Assembly (NCBI GenBank): GCA_015062245.1
Contig: SUVA01000006.1
Location: 1,753 to 65,752 of the forward strand
DNA length: 64,000 nucleotides
Direction: 5' to 3'
Source: Alphaproteobacteria bacterium
GTDB taxonomy: Bacteria > Pseudomonadota > Alphaproteobacteria > CAAHEQ01 > UBA3637
The translations under genes and the position numbers were made by a program. The notes beneath the pieces were generated by a model that was not told the DNA's origin, did not search any database, and saw only the letters and a list, made by a program, of their open reading frames with translations. Numbering within the stretch: position 1 is the first letter of the stretch; each line of letters opens with the position of its first letter. Positions 41,749-50,114 of the stretch are shown in pieces.

Positions 41749-43947
41749 ATGACCTGTTTGTCTTCAAATGAAATTGTTGTTTTGGAAAAAGGTTTGTTAA
41801 AAGGTGATCCTTTTGCTGTTTTAGGTATGCATAAGGGCAGTTTGGGGCAAGGAATTGTTATTCGTACGGTTCAACCACAGGCAAAAGAAGTTTTTGTTTT
41901 GGATAAAAATGGCAAAAATCTGGGGTTGATGCATCGTGTAGGGCAGGGTGTTTTTCAATTGGATTTTGAACAGGATGATTTTTTTGATTATCGGCTCCAA
42001 ATAAAATTATATGATGACAGGGTTTATGAAACAGAGGATGCTTATCGTTTCTTGCCGGTTTTATCTGATTTAGATTTGTATTTATATTCCGAAGGCACAC
42101 ATTGGCAAATATATGATAAGCTGGGGGCTCATTTAATAACCCATCAGGGGGTTGAAGGTGTTTGTTTTGCTGTTTGGGCGCCTAATGCCAGTCGTGTCAG
42201 CGTGGTTGGTAATTTTAATGATTGGGATGGACGGCGTCATTTAATGCGTCCCAGAGGCAGCAGCGGTATTTGGGAAATTTTTATTCCGGCTTTAAAGGAA
42301 TGGGATATTTATAAATATGAACTGTTGGATAAAGATGGTCGTTTATTGCCCTTAAAAGCCGATCCGTTTGCCTTTGTGTCTGAAATGCGTCCCAAAACAG
42401 GCAGTTTGGTTTATAATAACAATACTTATCAATGGCATGATGATGTTTGGATGAAAAAGCGGATGGAAAATTCCCAGTCCCGTGATAAACCGATAAGCAT
42501 TTATGAGGTTCATTTAGGGTCGTGGAAGCGCAAAGAAAATAATCGCTTTATGACCTATTTGGAAATGGCCGAAGAATTGCCACGCTATGTCAAAGAAATG
42601 GGATATACTCATGTGGAATTTTTGCCTGTTTCTGAATTTCCCTTTGATGGCAGTTGGGGGTATCAAGTTGTTGGCATGTATGCGCCCAGTTCCCGCTATG
42701 GAACACCGGGGGATTTTAAATATCTGATAGATTGTTTGCATCAAGCCGGTATCGGTGTTATTATAGATTGGGTGCCTGGGCATTTTCCAAAAGATGCTTT
42801 TGGTTTAATCAATTTTGATGGAACAGCCCTGTATGAACATGAAGATCCCCGTAAAGGAGAGCATAAAGATTGGGGAACAAAAATTTATAATTACGGGCGT
42901 AATGAAGTTTCTAACTTTTTATTGGCAAATGCTTTATTCTGGTTGCGTGTTTATCATGTGGATGGATTGCGGGTAGATGCTGTGGCCAGTATGCTTTATT
43001 TGGATTATTCACGCAAACCCGGTGAATGGGTTCCCAATCAATATGGCGGTCATGAAAATTTAGAAGCTATCACTTTTTTCAGACGTTTGAATGAATTGGT
43101 CTATGGTGAAAATTCCGGCGCAATAACAATTGCCGAAGAATCAACGGCCTGGCCAATGGTTTCCCGTCCTGTTTATATGGGCGGACTTGGGTTTGGCTAT
43201 AAATGGAATATGGGCTGGATGCATGATACGTTAAATTATATGTCCCAAAATCCATTATACCGAAAATATCATCAAAATGAATTGACTTTCAGCTTTTTGT
43301 ATGCATTTACGGAAAACTTTGTTCTGCCTCTTTCTCATGATGAAGTTGTTCATGGTAAAGGCACAATATTGGGGCGAATGCCAGGCGATGAATGGCAAAA
43401 ATTTGCCAATTTAAGGGCTTATTACGGCTATATGTTCATGCACCCGGGTAAAAAGTTATTGTTTATGGGCCAAGAGTGGGGATCAACCAAAGAATGGAAT
43501 TATGCCTCTCAATTACAATGGGATTTATTGCAATATCCGGTTCACAGTGGTGTTCAAAAATTGGTTAAAGATTTAAATCGATTTTATACTACTCACACGG
43601 AACTGTACCAGATGGATGAAGAAGAGGGCGGTTTTGAATGGATAAATGGATCGGATACGGAAAATTCGTGTTTGACTTTTATGCGTAAAGATAAAAAAGG
43701 AAATACTTTAATTGTAGCCATGAATTTGACCCCGGTACCCAGATATGATTATAAAATCGGTGTGAATCAGTCGGGTGTTTATCATGAGGTTTTAAATACT
43801 GATTCTGAGATATACGGGGGCAGTGGTGTGCATAATTTGGATGAAATTCATACTTTAGAACCAGGTTGGGATTTTAAACCGTATCAAATAAAGGTTGTTT
43901 TACCACCGCTTTCAATGGTGTGTTTTCAAGTAAAGGATAGAAAATGA
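41749..43947 (+). CDS. glgB: 1,4-alpha-glucan branching enzyme
   Basis: FAVWAPNA, IYEVHLGSW, GLRVDAVASM, LSHDEVVHGK. Confidence 0.97.
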   Translation: MTCLSSNEIVVLEKGLLKGDPFAVLGMHKGSLGQGIVIRTVQPQAKEVFVLDKNGKNLGLMHRVGQGVFQLDFEQDDFFDYRLQIKLYDDRVYETEDAYRFLPVLSDLDLYLYSEGTHWQIYDKLGAHLITHQGVEGVCFAVWAPNASRVSVVGNFNDWDGRRHLMRPRGSSGIWEIFIPALKEWDIYKYELLDKDGRLLPLKADPFAFVSEMRPKTGSLVYNNNTYQWHDDVWMKKRMENSQSRDKPISIYEVHLGSWKRKENNRFMTYLEMAEELPRYVKEMGYTHVEFLPVSEFPFDGSWGYQVVGMYAPSSRYGTPGDFKYLIDCLHQAGIGVIIDWVPGHFPKDAFGLINFDGTALYEHEDPRKGEHKDWGTKIYNYGRNEVSNFLLANALFWLRVYHVDGLRVDAVASMLYLDYSRKPGEWVPNQYGGHENLEAITFFRRLNELVYGENSGAITIAEESTAWPMVSRPVYMGGLGFGYKWNMGWMHDTLNYMSQNPLYRKYHQNELTFSFLYAFTENFVLPLSHDEVVHGKGTILGRMPGDEWQKFANLRAYYGYMFMHPGKKLLFMGQEWGSTKEWNYASQLQWDLLQYPVHSGVQKLVKDLNRFYTTHTELYQMDEEEGGFEWINGSDTENSCLTFMRKDKKGNTLIVAMNLTPVPRYDYKIGVNQSGVYHEVLNTDSEIYGGSGVHNLDEIHTLEPGWDFKPYQIKVVLPPLSMVCFQVKDRK

Positions 43948-44738
43948 AAATTGATTTGAATGATAAAGTAACGCGTTTTTTGGTTCAAGATTATGTGAAT
44001 CAAATTTGTAATTATCAATCAAAAGATGAGTTAAACTTTGATATCCATAAGTTGATTCACACGTTTGATGTCGTAAAAATGGCAGAACATTTAATTTGTG
44101 AAACTAAGCCTAAATTACCTCTAAAATTGCAAAAACAAATTTTGAATGCAGTGCTTTTACATGATTGGGGCAGGTGTTATGAATTTAAAAACGGAGCTCG
44201 TTTAAAAAATATTGACCATGGAAAAATAGGGGCCGATTTAATTAAAAAGAATTTTCCTAATATGAAAGTAGAGATGCAATCAACTCTATATCATAATAAA
44301 ATGCCATCATCTAGGGATCCGAAAGTTGCTCAACCTGTGTTAGATTATGTTCGAGATTCAGATATGTTAGCAAATATTCAGTACGAGATAGAACATTTTG
44401 ATATTTTTATAGAACACATTTGGGGAAATAATCATAATAAAGTTTCAAAATTAGTTATTGACGATGAAATTATAAAAGCTGTTCAAGATAAGAGAGCAGC
44501 TATATTATCAGATGTTAAGGGATGTGATTTATTAACATTATCTTTGTGGCAATTATGTTGGATCTATAATTTACGAACGGAAGCTGGTAAAAAAATTAAC
44601 AAAAAGAATAAGTTATTTTTAAGATTTAAAGAGCTTATTTATCAAAGAATTGTTCCATTGGTTGTATTAAATAAAAAAGAACAGCATACAATTAGGGGAC
44701 AGATTGATAAAATTTTCCCAAATAAAATACTTTTGTAA
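43944..44738 (+). CDS. HD-domain phosphohydrolase
   Basis: HTFDV...LLHDWGR...DHG...HN...RDSD; visibly more AT-rich than its neighbours. Confidence 0.8.
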   Translation: MKIDLNDKVTRFLVQDYVNQICNYQSKDELNFDIHKLIHTFDVVKMAEHLICETKPKLPLKLQKQILNAVLLHDWGRCYEFKNGARLKNIDHGKIGADLIKKNFPNMKVEMQSTLYHNKMPSSRDPKVAQPVLDYVRDSDMLANIQYEIEHFDIFIEHIWGNNHNKVSKLVIDDEIIKAVQDKRAAILSDVKGCDLLTLSLWQLCWIYNLRTEAGKKINKKNKLFLRFKELIYQRIVPLVVLNKKEQHTIRGQIDKIFPNKILL

Positions 44739-44793
44739 AAGATTTTCTTTGCAAAATTTTTAAAATTGATTATATTTAGTTTTGGGAGATAAG

Positions 44794-46839
44794 ATGAATT
44801 TAGAAATTTTACCGGGCTTGCCGTATCCTTTGGGGGCAAATTTTGATGGAAATGGTGTGAATTTTGCGCTGTTTTCAAAAAATGCGACCCGTGTTCAGCT
44901 ATGCTTATTTGATGCGGACGGTAAAAACGAAAAACGAATCGATTTGCCCCGTTATACGGATGAGGTTTGGCATGGTTATATAAAAGGATTGCGCTGGGGG
45001 CAAAGGTATGCCTATCGTGTTTATGGTCCTTATGAACCCGAAAAGGGATTTCGGTTTAACCCGAACAAGCTTTTGCTGGATCCGTATGCCAAAAAATTGA
45101 CAGGTCCCATTAAAGCGCACAATTCTCAATTGGGGTATAATTTGAAATCGCCAAAATCAGATTTATCATTTTCAAAAATAGATGATGCCAATTATGTTCC
45201 CAAATGTGTCGTTGTGGATGATAATTACTTTCAATGGAATAATTCTCAAAAACCCAAACATAATTGGGATGAAGAGGTTATTTATGAAATGCATGTTAAA
45301 GGTTTTACGGCCTTAAATCCAGATGTGGACAAAGCTTTTCGTGGAACTTTTAAGGGTCTGTCCCAACAAAAGGTGATTGATTATTTGAAATCTCTGCGTA
45401 TTTCTGCGGTTGAATTGCTGCCTATTGCAACTTTTATGACACCAGGGCATTTGGCCCCAAAAGGATTAACAAATTATTGGGGATATGACCCTGTTTTATT
45501 TATGTGTCCATATACTCCTTATATGTTTAACGGTAGTACGTCTGAATTAAAAAAAGCCGTATATACTTTGCACGAAGCGGGGATAGAGGTTATTTTGGAT
45601 GTTGTGTTTAATCATACCGCCGAAGGAAATCAATTGGGGCCGACACTTTGTTATCGTGGAATTGATAACGCCGTTTATTACAGGTTAAATCCTCAAAATA
45701 ATCGTTATTATGAAGATACCACCGGTTGTGGCGCCAGTTTCAATTTGGGTCATCCAAGGGTTTTACAATTGGTAATGGATTCGCTTCGTTATTGGGCGGA
45801 AAATATGCAAATAGACGGCTTTCGTTTTGATTTGGCAACCACTTTGGCCCGTGATGATGAAAATACATTTACACGTAATAGTGATTTTTTGGGTGTTGTT
45901 CAACAAGATCCCGTTTTGCAACGTCTAAAGTTGATTGCTGAACCTTGGGATTTAGGTAATGGCGGATATCAGGTTGGTAAGTTCAGACCCGGTTGGGCCG
46001 AATGGAATGATAAATTTCGTGATACGGTGCGTCGTTTTTGGCGTGGGGATGAAGGTATGGCCGGTGATTTTGCCCAACGTATGACAGGGTCGGCTGATTT
46101 ATATCAACAAAACGGTCGCAAACCATGGGAATCAATCAATTTTATTACAGCGCATGATGGTTTTTCTTTGGCGGATTTGGTCAGTTATAATAATAAGCAT
46201 AACGAACAAAATAAAGAAGAAAATCGTGATGGTACAGATGCAAATTATTCGTGGAACAGTGGTCTGGAAGGTCAAACAGATAATCCCGAGATTTTATTGA
46301 ATCGTGATAGGCGCGCCCGTTCCATGATGGCATCTTTATTGTTGTCTTTTGGGACACCTATGCTTTGTGCGGGTGATGAAATAATGCAATCGCATCAAGG
46401 AAACAACAATTTATATGCTCAGGATAATAAGCTATCTTGGATTGATTGGAAAAATATTTCTTCGGCCGGTCAAAGTATGTTGGATTTTACCCGTCAATTG
46501 ATGGTGTTTCGCCGTTCACATCCGATTATGTCCTATTATGATTTTTTTAAATCTGAAAAATTGGAATGGTTTAAGCCGAATGGTCAGGAAATGCAAGGCG
46601 AAGATTGGGCATTTTATGTCAAGAGTCTTTCTTATCGTATTCGCCAAAAAACGGGTGATTTATTCTTTGTTTTTAACGCGTATCAGGCGGATATTGAATG
46701 GCAATTACCCAAAAATAAAAAGGGATTTCATTGGGAGTTGGCATTGAACAGCACATTAGAACCGATTGAAATAAGCGATAAAAAAGCCAAGATTCCGGCT
46801 TGGAGTGTAGTTGTTTTTGAAGAAATTAAAGAAAAATAA
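44794..46839 (+). CDS. glgX: Glycogen debranching enzyme
   Basis: NYWGY, DVVFNHTAEG, DGFRFDLA, AEPWD, AHDGF. Confidence 0.96.
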   Translation: MNLEILPGLPYPLGANFDGNGVNFALFSKNATRVQLCLFDADGKNEKRIDLPRYTDEVWHGYIKGLRWGQRYAYRVYGPYEPEKGFRFNPNKLLLDPYAKKLTGPIKAHNSQLGYNLKSPKSDLSFSKIDDANYVPKCVVVDDNYFQWNNSQKPKHNWDEEVIYEMHVKGFTALNPDVDKAFRGTFKGLSQQKVIDYLKSLRISAVELLPIATFMTPGHLAPKGLTNYWGYDPVLFMCPYTPYMFNGSTSELKKAVYTLHEAGIEVILDVVFNHTAEGNQLGPTLCYRGIDNAVYYRLNPQNNRYYEDTTGCGASFNLGHPRVLQLVMDSLRYWAENMQIDGFRFDLATTLARDDENTFTRNSDFLGVVQQDPVLQRLKLIAEPWDLGNGGYQVGKFRPGWAEWNDKFRDTVRRFWRGDEGMAGDFAQRMTGSADLYQQNGRKPWESINFITAHDGFSLADLVSYNNKHNEQNKEENRDGTDANYSWNSGLEGQTDNPEILLNRDRRARSMMASLLLSFGTPMLCAGDEIMQSHQGNNNLYAQDNKLSWIDWKNISSAGQSMLDFTRQLMVFRRSHPIMSYYDFFKSEKLEWFKPNGQEMQGEDWAFYVKSLSYRIRQKTGDLFFVFNAYQADIEWQLPKNKKGFHWELALNSTLEPIEISDKKAKIPAWSVVVFEEIKEK

Positions 46840-46858
46840 AAAAAATATAAAAAAATGA

Positions 46859-46887
46859 TTGACATTCTAAAATACATATCGTATAAT
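46859..46887 (+). promoter_or_regulatory. Promoter of tRNA-Lys
   Basis: TTGACA-17 nt-TATAAT. Confidence 0.8.
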
Positions 46888-46897
46888 ACTTGCTATT

Positions 46898-46973
46898 GAG
46901 TGCGTAGCTCAGCTGGTAGAGCACCTGACTTTTAATCAGGTGGCCGAGGGTTCGAATCCCTCCGCGCTCACCA
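46898..46973 (+). tRNA. tRNA-Lys (anticodon TTT)
   Basis: 76-nt cloverleaf; cctga-cttttaa-tcagg anticodon arm, GGTTCGAATCC T arm, CCA end. Confidence 0.97.
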
Positions 46974-47109
46974 CTTATAAGTCCTTGTTTTTCAAGGACT
47001 TTTCTTATGCTTGGTATGCGAGCTTGGTTACGCCCCATCTTCCAAAAAGCCCTTTAATTCCATGCACTTATAAAATTAGATTGCATGCAAAATCTATACC
47101 CTAAAGCCC

Positions 47110-47141
47110 TGTGATGCAAAGTGTGATGCAACTGTGATGCA
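47110..47141 (+). repeat. Three direct TGTGATGCA repeats (candidate integrase arm sites)
   Basis: At 47110, 47122 and 47133; variants at 48057 and 48068. Confidence 0.75.
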
Positions 47142-47180
47142 CATTCTACCTCGTAAGTCATTTTAGTTATATTTTACAAT

Positions 47181-47215
47181 AAATAAAAAATAACCTCACA
47201 AAAAGTGAGGTTATT
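47181..47215 (-). terminator. Terminator of the cassette-1 gene
   Basis: aataacctcac-aaaaa-gtgaggttatt with a T run on the minus strand. Confidence 0.75.
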
Positions 47216-47233
47216 AAAAGATATAAATTCTTA

Positions 47234-47953
47234 TTAACGTTCAGAACCAGACCTTTGTTTCAAAAGACGTGGTGTTTTATTAGCCGCCGCAGAAAGGAGA
47301 GATTTAAGTCCTGTCTTTACTACAACTTTTCCATCAGAATCATCCTCATAGACTGTAACCTTACCTTCTGCATCTTTCACTAAAGTCCGTCCTGGACGCC
47401 CCATTGTATCAAATGCAGAATGTTCTTTAATCTCCATTACTTTTCCTGCATTATCTTTGTGAATTTCACTAATAATATATCCCTTTTCGTCATACCCTAA
47501 TTCAATACTTTTTACTGTTCTACCAATCCCATCCTTTATAATTGTTTTTATAGCGTTTCCATTTTCATCAAACGTGTCTTCAAAGATTGATGTTATATTG
47601 CCATTTTCATCCTTCTTGAATTCAGTATCTCCTAGTAGTTTACCATTAGCATCTTTATGATTAATTAGTCTAACACTTGGGTCTTCATTTGCAGTTCCAT
47701 CTTCATTAAGGATATATTCATCAGTACCTACTACTTTACCATCTGCATCCTTTATGATTACAGCAGTATTATTTCCTTTTTCATCAAAGATCCATTCCTC
47801 TGTACTTGTTACTTTACCATTCGCATCTTTAAAAGACTGAATACCTTTTCCTGTTTTTTCATCAAATCTCTGCTCCACAGTGGATAATACTTTCCCTGTT
47901 TCATCTCGTTCAAATATTGTCTTACCTTCTTTGAAATATTGTATAACTTTCAT
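47234..47953 (-). CDS. Orphan beta-hairpin repeat protein (YD/RHS-like repeats)
   Basis: Repeated KD[AG]xG[KR]V...[FY]DE[KN]G units; tail RLLKQRSGSER. Confidence 0.75.
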   Translation of the reverse strand: MKVIQYFKEGKTIFERDETGKVLSTVEQRFDEKTGKGIQSFKDANGKVTSTEEWIFDEKGNNTAVIIKDADGKVVGTDEYILNEDGTANEDPSVRLINHKDANGKLLGDTEFKKDENGNITSIFEDTFDENGNAIKTIIKDGIGRTVKSIELGYDEKGYIISEIHKDNAGKVMEIKEHSAFDTMGRPGRTLVKDAEGKVTVYEDDSDGKVVVKTGLKSLLSAAANKTPRLLKQRSGSER

Positions 47954-48128
47954 ATATTTTCCTTTCTTTGATATTTGACCTCAAACAACTATATTTAACA
48001 TAAACCAACGATAAAATCAAGCACTTTTTTTCATATTTTTCTTAATATATAAAAACTGTGATGCGAGTGCGATGCAAAATGGTGTAAATATTTCAAATAA
48101 CATATTGAAAATAAACGATTATTTTATC

Positions 48129-48153
48129 GGTTGGAGTCCCTCCGCGCTCACCA
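48129..48153 (+). repeat. Duplicated tRNA-Lys 3' end (attR-like)
   Basis: ggttggagtccctccgcgctcacca versus ggttcgaatccctccgcgctcacca. Confidence 0.9.
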
Positions 48154-48463
48154 TTTTGAACAAGTCGTCTGAAAAGGCGACTTGTTCAATTCCAACATCA
48201 ATTCATTCTGCGTTACCACTTGAATTCATTGTGTTTCATTGCTTTACGCATAAAAATTGTCCACTGGACACTTTTTATTTTGCGCAGTTTATTTACAAGC
48301 GTTTAAGCCGGTTCGATTGGACTCAACACAAAAAGCGCCTATTTTCATCAACAATCGAACTCACAATCACGAAAGTACTTGATTTTATTATATTTTATGT
48401 TTTTTGATGCTGTTTAGACGGCCCATCCTACATTCGAATTTTTAAGCTACTTTTATAGGTAAT

Positions 48464-49243
48464 TTACCGCTGTAGATTTTTTAATTTCAAAAAAGGACAA
48501 ACTTGTTGGCTCCCTTTTTCTTTATCCCATAAAACAGTTTGCTTTAAATGATCCTTTTCATCCACTAAAACATGTGTTGCTGATGTGATGGTTAAAGGTT
48601 TTTTTCCAGTATATTTAAAGGCATTTCCCTTTTGATAAGTTGTTTGCATTAATTGAGAATAATCCTCTTTAAATTGAGGGTTGGTATTGCATAATACATC
48701 TACAAGAGTTTGCCATAAAACAGCTTCTGATGCTGGATGAATAGGACTATACTTTTTATAATGGGTAAGTACAAGAGGAAAATCTGAATTAAAAGATGTT
48801 TTCCCCTTAAACTGAAAAATCGTTTTGTCTTCTTCTTTTTGACATGAAATTTCACATATTTTTTTCAAAAATAATTCATTATTGTGCAAGGTAATATTCA
48901 AATTTTTTAAATTTTGATTGATAAAATTATCATATTGATCGAATAACTCAAATAATCCCATGGCATATTCCACATCTATCTGCCATATAGGATATTTCAG
49001 AGATTCTTTCGGAACACTGATTCCCAGAATCAATGCTTCACGTTGGGATAAAGATTTATTTAAAAATCCGGAATTTAACAAATGGATATGGTTTTTAGCC
49101 AAAGTCTTATTTGACCACACATAAAATCCTTTGGCATCAGCATTAGATAAGGTCGTTTTGGCTCCTTCGCGAAAGAATGATTTAAAATCGTTTGTATCTG
49201 TTGCGATGTGATAAAAAGTTATAAATTTATTTTTTAGAGCCAT
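48464..49243 (-). CDS. Orphan protein, paralog of 12000..12785; possible ADP-ribosyltransferase fold
   Basis: Full-length motif conservation with 12000..12785; own promoter at 49262-49290. Confidence 0.72.
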   Translation of the reverse strand: MALKNKFITFYHIATDTNDFKSFFREGAKTTLSNADAKGFYVWSNKTLAKNHIHLLNSGFLNKSLSQREALILGISVPKESLKYPIWQIDVEYAMGLFELFDQYDNFINQNLKNLNITLHNNELFLKKICEISCQKEEDKTIFQFKGKTSFNSDFPLVLTHYKKYSPIHPASEAVLWQTLVDVLCNTNPQFKEDYSQLMQTTYQKGNAFKYTGKKPLTITSATHVLVDEKDHLKQTVLWDKEKGSQQVCPFLKLKNLQR

Positions 49244-49261
49244 TTTTATCCTTTTTCATGT

Positions 49262-49290
49262 ATTATATATGATGTATAAATCTATGTCAA
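49262..49290 (-). promoter_or_regulatory. Promoter of the cassette-2 gene
   Basis: TTGACA-17 nt-TATAAT on the minus strand. Confidence 0.78.
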
Positions 49291-49334
49291 CTTATTTAGC
49301 TCGCGTTCGGCAAGATACCCCTCACCATTTTTTT

Positions 49335-49359
49335 AAGCCGTCCGAAAGGGCGGTTTTTT
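49335..49359 (+). terminator. Intrinsic terminator
   Basis: aagccgtcc-gaaa-gggcggttt followed by a T run. Confidence 0.75.
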
Positions 49360-49389
49360 GCTATAAGGTTTTAGATTTAATTTTTTTAA

Positions 49390-49418
49390 TTGCCTTTTAA
49401 AAGATTTTGTTTTATAAT
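49390..49418 (+). promoter_or_regulatory. Promoter of the structured leader and SLOG gene
   Basis: TTGCCT-17 nt-TATAAT. Confidence 0.7.
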
Positions 49419-49424
49419 GTATTT

Positions 49425-49673
49425 GCTTGGGTGCAATGCCCCTCAAGCTAGGATTTAGTACTCCGATTAGTTGCAAGGGCAGAAATAAATTCTGTCGGCA
49501 TCCGCCATGGGATACGCCGAAAGAGTGTATTAGTTCATGGGTGGATGCCTGCCGAATAAGGTATCCACCCCAATAAGGCAGGACTATTTCTCTTGTGACT
49601 AATAGGTACTAACATCCACCCACCTGAATAAGGTGGGCGAAATGTTAAATAGAACAAAAAAAAGGGGTGGATG
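49425..49673 (+). ncRNA. Highly structured leader RNA of unknown class
   Basis: Long stem 49455-49489 with 49586-49612; GGGTGGATG at 49539 and 49665 with complements at 49497, 49563 and 49613. Confidence 0.55.
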
Positions 49674-50114
49674 ATGGGCAAAAAATGTGCTTTTTTCGGA
49701 CATAGAGATTTGTGCGGAAAATCAGATGAAATTATTCCAAAATTACAAAAAGCAATGATTGATTTAATTCATCAGGGGGTGGATGTTTTTTATGTCGGAA
49801 ATCATGGGGAATTTGATATTCTGTGTTCAAAAATTGCCCGTGATTTAAAAACAATTTATCCTGAAATTCAAGTGATAGCGGTCCTTTGTTATCCAAATGA
49901 ATTGCAATACCTAAAATGTCAATTTACGGATTTTTTGATGCCTTTGGAAATTGAATCAGCCCCCAAACGGGCCTGTATTATCAAACGCAATCAATGGGTG
50001 ATAAAAAATAGCGATTACATAATATCTTATACCCGATACAAAATCGGCGGTGCATATCAGGCCATTCAATACGCCAAAAAAAATCATAAAAACGTAATGC
50101 AAATATCCACTTAA
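49671..50114 (+). CDS. SLOG superfamily protein (YspA/DUF1273-like)
   Basis: CAFFGHR, FYVGNHGEFD, IIKRNQWVIKNSDYIISY, GGAYQAIQYA. Confidence 0.78.
   Translation: MMGKKCAFFGHRDLCGKSDEIIPKLQKAMIDLIHQGVDVFYVGNHGEFDILCSKIARDLKTIYPEIQVIAVLCYPNELQYLKCQFTDFLMPLEIESAPKRACIIKRNQWVIKNSDYIISYTRYKIGGAYQAIQYAKKNHKNVMQIST

Larger units (their letters stand above)
46974..48153. mobile_element. Integrase-less tRNA-Lys cassette 1 (1180 bp)
   Basis: Ends in a copy of the tRNA 3' end (48129-48153, 23/25 match to 46949-46973); internal TGTGATGCA repeats near both ends. Confidence 0.75.
48154..49327. mobile_element. Putative second tRNA-Lys cassette (1174 bp), degenerate boundary
   Basis: Ends in CTCACCA-T run-hairpin homologous (17/22, compensatory changes) to the hairpin after the first att copy. 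Confidence 0.5.

Noticed and set aside
48072-48407. 111-aa ORF from the track
   Set aside because: Runs across the att-like repeat and a terminator, has no SD and no recognisable motif
49298-49327. A second tRNA gene ending in CTCACCA
   Set aside because: No cloverleaf upstream; kept only as a degenerate att-like end
49425-49640. Assignment as SRP RNA, RNase P RNA, tmRNA or a known riboswitch
   Set aside because: The diagnostic conserved sequences I know for these RNAs are not visible; left unclassified pending an Rfam search
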